Source of the DNA: Mobula hypostoma
Lineage: Eukaryota
Direction: 5' to 3'
Assembly (NCBI RefSeq): GCF_963921235.1
Contig: NC_086108.1
Coordinates: forward strand, 50,532,001-50,596,000
Length of the DNA stretch: 64,000 nt
Positions 51,235 through 64,000 of this stretch are shown piece by piece. Position 1 is the stretch's first letter. Each line of letters opens with the position of its first letter. The notes under the pieces were generated by a model. The model was not told the origin of the DNA. It ran no database searches and saw nothing but the letters and a program-made list of their open reading frames with translations. Made by a program: the position numbers and the translations under genes.

Positions 51235-51860
51235 TGGTCCCAGCATATCGATGGAGCTACAAAGAAGGCAAGACAGCAGTTATATTTCATTAGGAGTTTG
51301 AAGAATTTGGAATGTCACCTAAAACACACGAAAATTTCTACAGATATACTGTGCAGAGCATTCTGACTGGCTGCATTACCATCTGGTATGGGCAGTGGGG
51401 TGGGGGGGTGTGGTTTGCTACTGCACATGATCGAAGTAAGCTACAGAGAGTTGTAAAATTAGTTAGCTCCATCATGGGTGCTAGTCTCTGTAGTATCCAA
51501 GACATCTTCAAGGAGTGACGCCTCAAAAAGGTGGTGTCCATCATTAAAGACCCCCACAACCCAAGATGTGTTACCTTACTGTTACTGTGAGGAGGTACAG
51601 AAGCCTGAAGGCACACACTCAGTGACTCAAGAACGGCTTCATTCCCTCTGCCATCTGATTTCTGAATGGACATTGAAACCATGAGCACTACCTTACTACT
51701 TTTATATTCATACTTTCGCACTTCTTTAATTTAACTATTTGATATACATATAAATAATACAGTTTTTTTCCTATATTATGTATTGTATTGTACTGCTGCC
51801 ACAAAGTTAACAAATTTCATGACACATGCCAGTGATATTATACCGAATTCTGATTCTGAT
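51235..51860 (+). mobile_element. Rex1/Babar LINE 3' portion
   Basis: ORF 51312 FYRYTVQSILTGCITIWYG; (attctg)n tail. Confidence 0.8.
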
Positions 51861-52432
51861 GAGAGTTGTTGGCCAAAGTTGATTAGAAAGGGACATTAGC
51901 TGGAGAGGTAATAATGGGGGCCCAGGAAGTAGCAGACGAACTCGATCAGTATTTTGCATCCGTCTTCACTATGGAAGACTCCAGCAGTATGCCAGAAATT
52001 CAAGAGTGTTTGGGGGCAGAAGTGAGTGTAGCTGCTATTACTAAGGAGAAGATGCTTGGGAAGCTGAAAGGTCTGAAGGTAGATAAGTCTGCTAGACCGA
52101 ATGGACCACATTCCAGTGTTCGGAAAGAGGTGGCTGAAGAAATTGTGGAGGCATTAGTATTGATCTTTCAAGAATCTCTAGATTCTGAAATGGATCCGGA
52201 GGACTGGAAAATTGTAAATGTCACTCCACTCTTTAAGGAGGAAGAGAGGCAGAAGAAAGGAAATTATAGGCCAGTTAACCAGACTTCAGTAGTTGGGAAG
52301 GTGATAACTCCATTATTAAGGATAAGATTTCGGGGTACTTGCAGGCACATAGTAGAATAGGTCAAAGTCAGCATGGTTTCCTTCAGGGGAAATCTTGCCT
52401 GACAAATCAATTGGAATTACTTGAGAAAATAA

Positions 52433-53760
52433 CATAGAAACATAGAAAACCTACAGCACAATACAGGCCCTTCGGCCCACAAAGTTGTGCCGAACATGTC
52501 CCTACCTTAGAAATTACTAGGCTTACCTATAGACCTCTATTTTTCTAAGCTCCATGTACCTATCCAAAAGTCTCTTAAAAGGCCCTATCGTATCTGCCTC
52601 CACCACCGTTGCCGCCAGCCCATTCCATGCACTCACGACTCTCTGCATAAAAAACTTACCCCTGACATCTCCTCTATACCTTCTCCCCAGCACCTTAAAC
52701 CTGTGTCCTCTTGTGGCAACCATTTCAGCCCTGGGAAAAAGCCTCTGACTATCCACATGATGCCTCTCATCATCTTATACACCTCTACCAGCTCACCTGT
52801 CATCCTCCGTCGCTCCAAGGACAAAAGGCTGAGTTCACTCAACCTGTTTTCATAAGGCATGCTCCCCAATCCAGGCAACATCCTTGTAAATCTCCTCTGC
52901 ACCCTTTCTATGGCTTCCACATCCTTCCTGTAGTGAGGCGACCAGAACTGAGCACAGTACTCCAAGTGGGGTCTGACCAGGGTCCTATATAGCTGCAACA
53001 TTACCTTTCGGCTCCTAAATTCAATTCCACGATTGGTGAAGGTCAATAAACCATACGCCTTCTTAACCACAGAGTCAACCTGCATAGCTGCTTTGAGCGT
53101 CCTATGGACTCAGGCCCCAAGATCCCTCTGATCCTCCACACTGCCAGTAGTTACCATTAATACTACATTCTGCCATCATATTTGACCTACCAAAATGAAC
53201 TACTTCACACTTATCTGGGTTGAACTCCATCTGCCACTTCTCAGCTCAGTTTTGCATCCTATCAATGTCCCGCTGTAACCTCTGACAGCCCTCCACACTA
53301 TCCACAACACCCCCAACCTTTATGTCATCAGCAAACGTACTAACCCATCCCTCCACTTCCTCATCCAGGTCATTTATAAAAATGACGAAGAGTAAGGGTC
53401 CCTGAACAGATCCCTGAGGCACTCCACTGGTGACTGACCTCCATGCAGAATATGACCAATCTACAACCACGCTTTGCCTTCTGTGGGCAAGCCAGTTCTG
53501 GATCCACAATGCAATGTCCCCTTGGATCCCATGCTTCCTTACTTTCTCAATAAGCCTGGCATGGGGTACCTTATCAAATGCCTTGCTGAAATCCATACAC
53601 AGTACACCTACTGCTCTTCCTTCATCAATGTGTTTAGTCACATCCTCAAAAAATTCAGTCAGGCTCATAAGGCACGACCTGCCCTTGACAAAGCTATGCT
53701 GACTATTCCTAATCATATTATACCTCTCCAAATGTTCATAAATCCTGCCTCTCAGGATTT
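52433..53760 (-). mobile_element. Relatively young CR1 LINE nested in the older CR1
   Basis: ORFs 53246..53731 (DFSKAFDKVPH...SGVPQGSV...FADD) and 52633..53085. Confidence 0.92.
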
Positions 53761-55029
53761 ATGAACAGACAGAATAGACAAAGGGCAGTCAATTGATGTT
53801 CTTTACTTGGATTTTCAGAAGGCCTTTCACAAAGTGCTGCACATGAGGCTACTAAAGAAGGTAAGTGCCCATGATATTACAAGAACGATGCTAGCTTTGG
53901 TAGAAAATCAGCTGACTTGCAGTGGCAAAGAGTAGGAATAAAAGAGACTTTTTCTGATTGCCCCACATTGACTAGTGGTGTTCTGCAAGGGTTGATGCTG
54001 GGGTGGCTTCTTTTCACATTATTTATCAATGATTTGGATGACAGAATTGATGGCTTTGTGGCCAAGTTTGCAGATGATACAAAATTAGGTGGAGGGCAGG
54101 TAATGTTGAGAAAGCAGGAGTGTGCAGAAGGACTTTGACAGATTAGAAAAATGAGCAAAGAGAGGCAAATGGGATGTAGTATTGGGAAATGTGTGGACAT
54201 GCACTTTCGTAGAAGGAATAAAGGCGTAGAATATTTTCTAAATGGGCAGAAAATTCAGAAATCAGACTTGGGTCCTTGTGCAGGATTCCCTATAGGTTAA
54301 CTTACAGGTTAAGTAAGGAAACAAATGCAATGTTAGCATTAATTTTGAGAACACTAGAATATAAAAGCAATGGTGAGGCTGAATAAGGCATTGATCAGAC
54401 TGCACTTGGAGTATTGTGAACAAATTTGGACCCCTTATATAAGAAAGGACGTGCTGACATTGGAGGGAGTCTAGAGGGGTTTCAGGAGAATGATCCTGGG
54501 AATGAAGGGTTAATGTATGAGGAGTGTTTGGTGGCTCTGTGCCTGTACTCACTGGAGTTTAGAAAAATGAGGGGGAGTCTCATTGAAACCTATTGAATAC
54601 TGAAACTCCTAGATAGGGTGGGTGTGGAGATGTTTTCTGTTGTGGTGGAGTCTAGGACCAGGGGGCACAGCCTCAGAATAGGGGGACATCCATTTAAAAC
54701 AGAGATGAGGAGGAATTTCTTTAGCTGGAGGATGGTGAATCTGTGGAATCCCTGCCTTTCTTTGTGCCTCTGAGATTCAGATATCTATCAAATGCATATC
54801 AAGGTACCATCAACACCATCTGCAAAATCCTCTAAATCCACTGGAACTAAAGTACCAATGGCATCATCCTCATCCAGGCCATCATACCCAACTTTAACGC
54901 TCTCAGCTCTTTTTAGCAGGATATGTTGTTCCTAAACCCAACATTTAACTCCCACAGCAAGCGCTGTTCAAAGCTTGAAGACTGATGCAAGTTACTTACT
55001 CAGTTTGTACACCATCTCTTTGCCCCAAA

Positions 55030-55690
55030 TGAGATTTACAGGAAGATGTTTCCAGCTTGGCACTGCTGCCTACCTCACCTCCAGCAGTGTCCTTAGGGCA
55101 GCTGCAGGGTCGTCAGCCAGGGACCACCACTTATTAGCCCCGGTACATCTCCTGATAGCAGGGACATCTCCTTACCACCCCCTGCAGTTTCCAATGGGGT
55201 TAGTCGGTCCCCCAATTTCTGTCCTTCCTCCTCAGCCACAGCCAAAATCTGCCCTTTTCTACCTCTGCGGCCAAGTCTATGGTGGTCCTGCGGAGCCTCG
55301 CTCCAGTCACTGCCATATAGAGTAACTTTGTCGTCGATGCGCTGGCAGAGTCCTGGCATCCTAACTCCACAGGGTAGACGATGGTCCTCCAGCCAGCCTC
55401 CTTACGGTCAGCTACCAGGTCTGAGTACTTCAGTCTTCACTCCTTCCTCCCATGGGATAGTTAATGAGGAGGACGATCTTGGCAGACATTGACCACAGTA
55501 CTGTGATGGGTGGGGAGATGTGGTGGTAATTTCCGTGGGGAACTGCAGCTGTCTGCTGAGATCTTCCCTCATGTTCCATTCCTTGCCTGCAGATAGGAGT
55601 CCTGAAGGAGCTCTTGACAGGCGCATTCGGCGCCTTTCCAGCCTTAAAAAATGGGATGAGTTACAACTTCATTGCATTTGTGCCATGCGC
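55030..55690 (-). mobile_element. HERO-type (RLE endonuclease) non-LTR retrotransposon 3' fragment
   Basis: Frameshifted minus translation EWNMREDLSRQLQFPTEITTTS..LTIPWEE..KYSDLVA..AGWRTIVYPVELGC...AEVEKGRFWLWLRRKDRNW. Confidence 0.75.
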
Positions 55691-55872
55691 CATTGATAGA
55701 ATGTCAACAGAAAGCTAAAACAGAGCAAGCAGGATCAGGAAAGGAAAACAATATTGGCAGAAAGCTGGAGCAGGGCAGATTAGAAGAGGAAAAGGCTCAG
55801 CAATGAGGTAGAAAACCTTAAAGAGAAGCTTATTGATTTTACAGGGGCAAAGGATTGTGGATTTGATACATA

Positions 55873-57486
<1,614 letters not shown>

Positions 57487-57931
57487 TATGCACCAGTCTC
57501 AGTTACAGTTTGAAAAGCTGTCTTAAACAAAAGAGTAAGCAAGAAGAAGAAGCCCAAGTAGTTAAGAATGATGGAGGGGTTGAGCAAACAGTGCAGTGAT
57601 TTAAAGACGGCTATGAGTGTGATACCGAAATCAGTACGTGAAAAAAAAGCAACATGGATGATAATACAAAGTGTCTGAAGCAGATACAAAAGTTGCAGGG
57701 CCAACTTGCTGCACAGAGAATTATTATTTGAGCTCTTGCGGGGAGGAGAGTGAATATAGGAATACAGATTGGAGTGATTTTGCAGACAAGACAACCAGTT
57801 GCGGCCACTGTGAGGAGCTTCCCACCGATGTACAACACAAAAGAGCTGGTGCTACCATTGATTCCCCCTAATTATAGTCAGAGAGGGAGGAGGTGAGTTA
57901 CGAAATCAAAATCAGAATATAACATGCACTA

Positions 57932-58188
57932 GCAACACACATCAAAGTTGCTGGTGAACGCAGCAGGCCAGGCAGCATCTCTAGGAAGAGGTACAGTCGA
58001 TGTTTCAGGCCGAGACCCTTCGTCAGGACTAACTGAAGGAAGAGTTAGTAAAAGATTTGAAATCTCGGCCTGAAACGTCGACTGTACCTCTTCCTAGAGA
58101 TGCTGCCTGGCCTGCTGCGTTCACCAGCAACTTTGATGTGTGTTGCTTGAATTTCCAGCATCTGCAGTATTCCTGTTGTTTGCGTTTT
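57932..58188. mobile_element. Young PLE fold-back insertion
   Basis: Inverted pLTR arms; 14-bp TSD tataacatgcacta at 57918-57931 and 58189-58202. Confidence 0.88.
57995..58030 (-). ncRNA. Minimal hammerhead ribozyme motif
   Basis: agtc-CTGACGA-agggtctcggcct-GAAAC-ATC-gact. Confidence 0.65.
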
Positions 58189-58276
58189 TATAACATGCAC
58201 TACTCCGTTTGCGGTACAGCAGCTGAGGGATATTGCAAAGGATATTGGGACATACAGCATATGCCCAGGGATAATC

Positions 58277-58795
58277 TGCCGGATGATGCTGAGAATGTTC
58301 TACGAGTCTGTGGTGGCCAGTGCTATCATGTTTGCTGTTGTGTGCTGGGGCAGCAGGCTGAGGGTAGCAGACACCAACAGAATCAACAAACTCATTCGTA
58401 AGGCCAGTGATGTTGTGGGGATGGAACTGGACACTCTGACGGTGGTTTCTGAAAAGAGGATGCTGTCTAAGTTGCATGCCATCTTGGTCAATGTCTCCCA
58501 TCCACTACATAATGTACTGGGTGGGCACAAGAGTACATTCAGCCAGAGACTCATTCCACCGAGATGCAACACAGAGCATCATAGGAAGTCATTCCTGCCT
58601 GTGGCCATCAAACTTTACAACTCCTCCCTTGGAGGGTCAGACACCCTGAGCCAATAGGCTGGTCCTGGACTTATTTCCTGGCATAATTTACATATTACTA
58701 TTTAATTATTTATGGTTTTATTACTATTTAATTATTTATGGTACAACTGTAACGAAAACCAATTTCCCCCGGGATCAATAAAGTATGACTATGAC
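58277..58795 (+). mobile_element. Young Rex1/Babar LINE 3' portion
   Basis: ORF 58283..58657 MFYESVVASAIMFAVVCWG...HPLH...RKSFLPVAIKLYN; (atgact)n tail; taatc on both flanks. Confidence 0.85.
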
Positions 58796-59081
58796 TAATC
58801 CAAAAGAGTTGTTACTCGAGAGCAATACACGGTCTAAATGATGCCTAGCAGATTAATTACAATGTGCTTGCATCCAAACATAAACTCCACTTTCCCAGAA
58901 GCACAGCAACATGCTGGGGGAAGAAATGAGTTAAAGAATATGAGACTAATTGTTATGGGTAACAACACTGGGGACCTAATAGATAAATTAATTAAATGTT
59001 ACCAAAGTAAAGGAGAGCACCCCACTGCATTTGCATCCCATCTGTGACGGTGTTCCAAGGGGTATATGGATTAACATTAGA

Positions 59082-59405
59082 TCGAGATCAAGTCAAGTCA
59101 AGTCACTTTTTATTGTCATTTCAAGCATAAATGCTGATACAGAACATAGTAAAAATGAGACAATGTTTTCCAGGACCATGGTGCTACATGAAACAATACA
59201 AAAACTACACTGAACTATGTAAGAAAAAAACACAAGAACTACACTAGACTGCATACCTATCCAGGACTGCATAAAGTGCACAAAACAGTGCAGGTACTAC
59301 TATAAATAATAAACAAGACAGTGGGCACAGTAGAGGGCAGTAGGTTGGTGTCAAGCCAGGCTCTGGGTATTGAGGATTCTGATGGCTTGGGGGAAGAAAC
59401 TGTTA
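59082..59405 (-). mobile_element. Rex1-type LINE 3' end
   Basis: (gactt)n tail; same family as 37444-38660. Confidence 0.75.
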
Positions 59406-62400
59406 GAACCAGAGCCCACAAATAGATGGTTGAGAGCATCAGTGTCTCATAGCACCAACAAATCGAGAAAGATGTTGGAACTGTTTGATCCCAGTGACCC
59501 TACACATACTGAGGCACGGGTACATAGGAAAATGATTAGAGCATGGGAGAAGGAAGTACAGGAGTTAAATTTTAACTTTAGGAATACTTCAGAGGCATCT
59601 AAAGTATTTCCCCTTCAAGAAAACACACAGTGCTTCATGCAGAGAAATGCAGGTCAGGGTAGAAGCCAGCAGAGGGATCGCAGAAGAGGGGTAACAGTGC
59701 TGGATTGCACCTTCACCTAATCAGGGAAACTGTTGTGGGAGGCAAACATCACAGCACAGTGCTCAAATTTATTGTTTCAGATATTTTAATGGGGGTCATT
59801 ATATCCGGAACTATAGAGCAGTTCATTTAATCTGAATCCTAACACATCAGAGATTTGAGTTACAGAAAGGTCAAAATACGTTGGAATTTTGGTTAATGTG
59901 GGATGTCATGCTGTAAACTTGTTGAATGTTGTTTTCTTGTGCATGGTAGATAACTTCCAGTATTTCTTTGTTTTAAAATCTTAAAGTAACATACTTCCTC
60001 AATTTTGTCTGATGGTAACTTTATATTTTGGAGCAAGAGGTTTTCTGAAATGGTTTAAAGTGTGAATGGTTTGAATGTTTCAAATGTGAGATGTCCAGCC
60101 ACATGTGAGTTCACCTGAGAGTGTTTGTGTGAGTGTGTACAAAGGCTGTTATGTGTTTGCTCATTTGATTTTGGGAGGAAGTTTGAATTAATGCTTCAGA
60201 GGAAAAGGCGATCAGTTGAAATATTTTGCTACTCTGAAGTGAATTTGCTGGAACTCTTGTATTTTAAGAGGTTGTATCTTTTTTTAAGAGGTTGTCTGAA
60301 TGCATTGGAGGCCCCCACCCAGATGTTTTTTTTAGTTTGTTTTTGATAAATGTGTGAAAGTTGTTCATGGTGGGAATTAACTGTTTATTCTAAATTTTGC
60401 AGAAACTTGCGAAGGTTCTGAAGGAAGTAAAATACAAGCATGGATTTTTTTGTTTGTCTTGTCTGTTTTTTTTTAGTTTGTTTCTTTATCTGTTTTCCAT
60501 GGAATTAGTTTTAGAGAGAGACTCTGATTGCACATTGGCTCTGTGGAATCCAGGGTAGAATGATGGAAATCTGTGCATCTCTATTCTAGATGTGAGATGC
60601 CCACATTTCAGTGGGAAATTGCCCATTGGTGGATAGTTAAACTGGGAATTTGGAATTGATATTTTAGAAGATTGAAATATTTGGGAAGCTATCCTAGAAG
60701 CTGTATTCTTACGAACAAGACTGCTTTCTTTTTACAGGACATAACAGATGTTGTTCAAGACTTCAGACATATTGATTTTGAGTTTGAATTTCTTTGAATG
60801 AACTTTGTCTCAACCAGTATTAGACATGGTAACAAAGGAGAACCGCACAATCCAACGCAGTGGTGTGTATCAATATTTGTGGGACTACATTGTTGCTGAG
60901 TTGACACCGATTCCTCACTTGACTGTGGACTGGGAATAAGTTATGGAGAAGGTGTGATAATCCATCAAAGGACTAAAAGTAATTAAAACACACACCGAAA
61001 AGGCAAAGGAAGTGTTGAATGACTCAGACTTCTGGGATAAGTTTTGGCATATGCATCCATAGGTGAGGATAGTAATACTAATTTTAAGTATGTTGCCAAT
61101 TGTAATGCTTAATGTGTATCAATTTAGAAAGTGCAAGGTTGAAACCATGTGAAAAATAGAGGATGATGTTCTTACAAAAAGTATGTGAATTCAGTAAGTT
61201 AATGTTACTTTTACCTTTATATAATGTGAGCGTAGCACACCTGATGGGAGTCCATGGTAGTCCTATGGGCAGTCAACAGAATAATTGAGGATAATGATCC
61301 TAAGGTAAATATCTCTGGATCAAGAGGAGGGCGATATTGGCCAGAAAGAACTACAGTCTACATATCAGCAAATTTGAAAGGGTCAATGACAGTGGAAGTA
61401 GACAAACCAATTTTCTTCGTTCTTGCCATGAAGTTGAAGAAATGGAGCCTGCCTTTTTGTAAAGCTGCTCTGTACCCTCCATTTTATGAGCTGTCTTGTG
61501 AAACCAGTTTTGCTAAGAAATAGCTGTATCACAGTGTTTTGAAGTACACACAAATATGCTCTTGATAATCTGCTGGACTAGAGGTCACTTCCAAATATGA
61601 AGTTATTTGTGAGATGTTCCTTGGTACAGTAGAACATGCAGGTTTATGAATAGTGGGGTTTGCGCCTGACCGGAGTAACTCAAATCCAGTAACTGGCTGG
61701 TTTGCTCTGATCTAGAACAAAAAGACATTAATTGCCAGTTGTCATTTACCAATGAGGGTAATAAATTGATGCTAGCTTGGACCAGAGGCAAAGGGAAGTT
61801 GACACACACTAGCCAGATAGGCCAGAGCCAGCGAGATTGAAACACAATATTTGAGCTGATGAATAAGGAGCTCTGAATGCAAAGCAGCAACAACTCTCTG
61901 GAAGTCAACCATGGCAGATGTGGAGGACCCCACATTGGACAAATAGAGATTACAGTACTGTAAAATATATCTATAAAGTGCATATGCTTTCAAAATAATG
62001 AAATGAAATGCTTCTAAATATCAAAAAGAATAACTATAAAGAGCAGTAAGCAGTAAAAAACTAAATCAAATCAATATTTTGTGTTACCACACTTTGCCTT
62101 TAGAACAACATCAATTCTCTTAGGTACACTGCTGTGCAGTTTTATAAGAAAATCAGCTGGTAAATTGTTCTAGGCATCTTGGAGAACTCAGCACCATCCG
62201 CAGTACCACCGATGTGACAGAGAGGGCCTCAAGATGGCTGTGGCTCAAAAGAGGGGAGCCATGGAGTCATAAGTAGCTAGCCATCTGGACACAAGCTGGG
62301 GTCTGATCAGCCCCGGCTGGGTCACCTGGAGGAGGTTGTATGATGTTGAAAGACCCGAAACACCCGATGATTCCAGGAACATCACTGAAGATGTGTCCTG

Positions 62401-62787
62401 AAGCATCAATAGATGTATGTACACAGCAGAGTTTGGCTGTCTCGCTTCTGTCTCTCCAGATAATCCTAGACAACCTCAATGGTGTTGAGATCAGAGCTCT
62501 GTGCAGGCTATACCATTTGAAACGATATAAAAATTCCAGGTTGCCTAAGACTATTGCACAGTACTGTAAATTGGGACCACAGGAATGCCTGGCCAACTTA
62601 GATTCTTTTTCTCAGCTATTACCTTTTCTCTTTTTTGACTGTTCATGGAGGGTCAGGGAGAACTAGTGGGTGTGCACACAGGTATTCGTGTGCTTGTGAG
62701 CTGAGATAATAAAAGTACTTGTCAGTAAATACAGATTCTCTCCATTCCTAACTGATCATTATTACTAAGGGGTCACCCTTGTAACAA

Positions 62788-63409
62788 TTCTTATTAAATT
62801 TTCAGCATCCATATATTACTTATTTAATTGCAACCGCACATTTATCTTTTGGAAAAAAGATCACGTGGTGTTCAAGAAAAAGCCATGAAAGTACTTCCCA
62901 TCCTTTTAGTTTGTAGGTGAAATTTAATAAGGTTGTTTAATAAGGCCCTGACCTTGTTCTTTCATGAGAGTTGTTCTCAGGAAGATGTCCGTCAGCCTGT
63001 TTCAGAGATTGGTGTCACAGTCACCATAGCACCCAGATTACTATCTCTGATGATCTAATGAGAAATTCTGGCCTAATTTTTTTTACAGTAGGGTAATAAT
63101 TTAATATTTTCAGAGCCAATAATTGGCAAAGTTGCAGTGTATTTTTCTATATTTTGATTATGTAGCTAATATCAATCATAATTATCAATATTAGTTCATT
63201 ACTGATACATTTTAAAAAGAATCTCTCAGTATACCTAACCTTTGTAAGTAGTGCATCAATGGTGGAGTAGCACACACAAAATGCTGGAAGAACTCAGCAT
63301 GTCAGGCAGCATCTATGGAGGGAAATAGTCAATGTTTTGGGACAAGACACTTATTCACTTCTTCAGGATTCATCAGGCCTGATGAAGGGTCTCAGCCTGA
63401 AACGTCGAC
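62788..63409 (+). repeat. Local duplication, copy 2 (partner 46024-46674)
   Basis: See copy 1; includes hammerhead core CTGATGA-agggtctcagcct-GAAACGTC at 63379-63406; cut off by the CR1 at 63410. Confidence 0.85.
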
Positions 63410-64000
63410 ACAGAAAGAGGCCATTTGGCCCACCTAGTCCATACCAAACCACGTAAACTGGCTACTCCCATCAACCTGTACTGGAAACATAGTCTTCCAT
63501 ACACCTACCACCCACGTACCTATCCAAACTTCTCTTAAACCTTGAAATTGAGCTTGCATGCACCAGTTGCACTGGCAGTTTTTCCAACACTCTCACACGC
63601 CTCTGAGTGAATAAGTTTTCCTTTGTTTTCCCCGTAAACTTTCCACCCTTCAACCTTAACCCATGACCTCTAGTCCCACCCAACCTCAGCGGAAAAAGAG
63701 CTGTTTACATTTACCCTATCTATACCTGTCATAATTTTGTATACCTCTATCCTCCTCTCAATCTTCTACGTCACAGGGAATAAAGTCCTAACCTATTCGA
63801 TCTTTCCATATAACTCAGGTCCTCCACACCCAGCAACATCTTTGTAAATTTCCTCTGTACTCTTAAAACCTTATTTACAACTTTCCTGTGGGTAGGTGAC
63901 CAAAACTGTATGCAGTATTCCAAATTAGGTGTCACTAGTGTCTTATACAACTTCAACGTAACATCCTATCTCCCGTACTCAATACTTTGATTTATGAAGG
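63410..64000 (-). mobile_element. CR1 LINE 3' portion
   Basis: ORFs 63771..63956 (LYKTLVTPNLEYCIQFWSP) and 63471..63683 (TRGHGL). Confidence 0.88.

Larger units (their letters stand above)
50400..54750 (+). mobile_element. Long plus-strand CR1 (APE endonuclease to RT), interrupted by Rex1 and CR1 copies
   Basis: APE motifs GYTLYRKDR / VIYRPP / MGNFN at 50510-50785; ORF 51914 ...PEDWKIVNVTPLFK..GNYRPV; ORF 53917 SGVLQG...KFADDTKLGG. Confidence 0.8.

Noticed and set aside
55666..55689. Short similarity (cattgc.tttgtgccatg) to 45926-45946, as a possible left extension of the duplication
   Set aside because: Too short, and equally explained as part of the HERO coding remnant.

Overview
Eukaryotic, repeat-dominated vertebrate DNA. 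The repeat landscape (abundant CR1 LINEs, V-domain SINEs, Rex1/Babar LINEs, Penelope-like elements, Tc1/pogo/hAT/Helitron DNA transposons) suggests a cartilaginous fish such as a ray or shark; this is an inference. I could not identify any intact host protein-coding gene, and most listed ORFs are transposon fragments or chance ORFs. The only clear host signal is a CpG-rich promoter at about 39.1-40.0 kb with plausible minus-strand non-coding exons, which would make most of 1-39.4 kb intronic. Notable structures: (i) Penelope-like (PLE) fold-back insertions carrying minimal hammerhead-ribozyme cores, two with perfect 14-bp target-site duplications (TSDs); (ii) a shattered LTR element with gag-like and env-like remnants and no pol (55.7-62.8 kb); (iii) a Gypsy element with gag/protease but a remodelled pol region, whose 3' LTR holds a hAT nested in a hAT, the inner one apparently having moved via a cryptic end; (iv) a Helitron derivative keeping an STPR-repeat ORF; (v) a palindromic mariner MITE with five TIR copies; (vi) a roughly 650-bp local duplication 16.7 kb apart; (vii) HERO (RLE-endonuclease) and Tx1 retroelement fragments. 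All family assignments are by eye from motifs; no database searches were run, and some boundaries are approximate.
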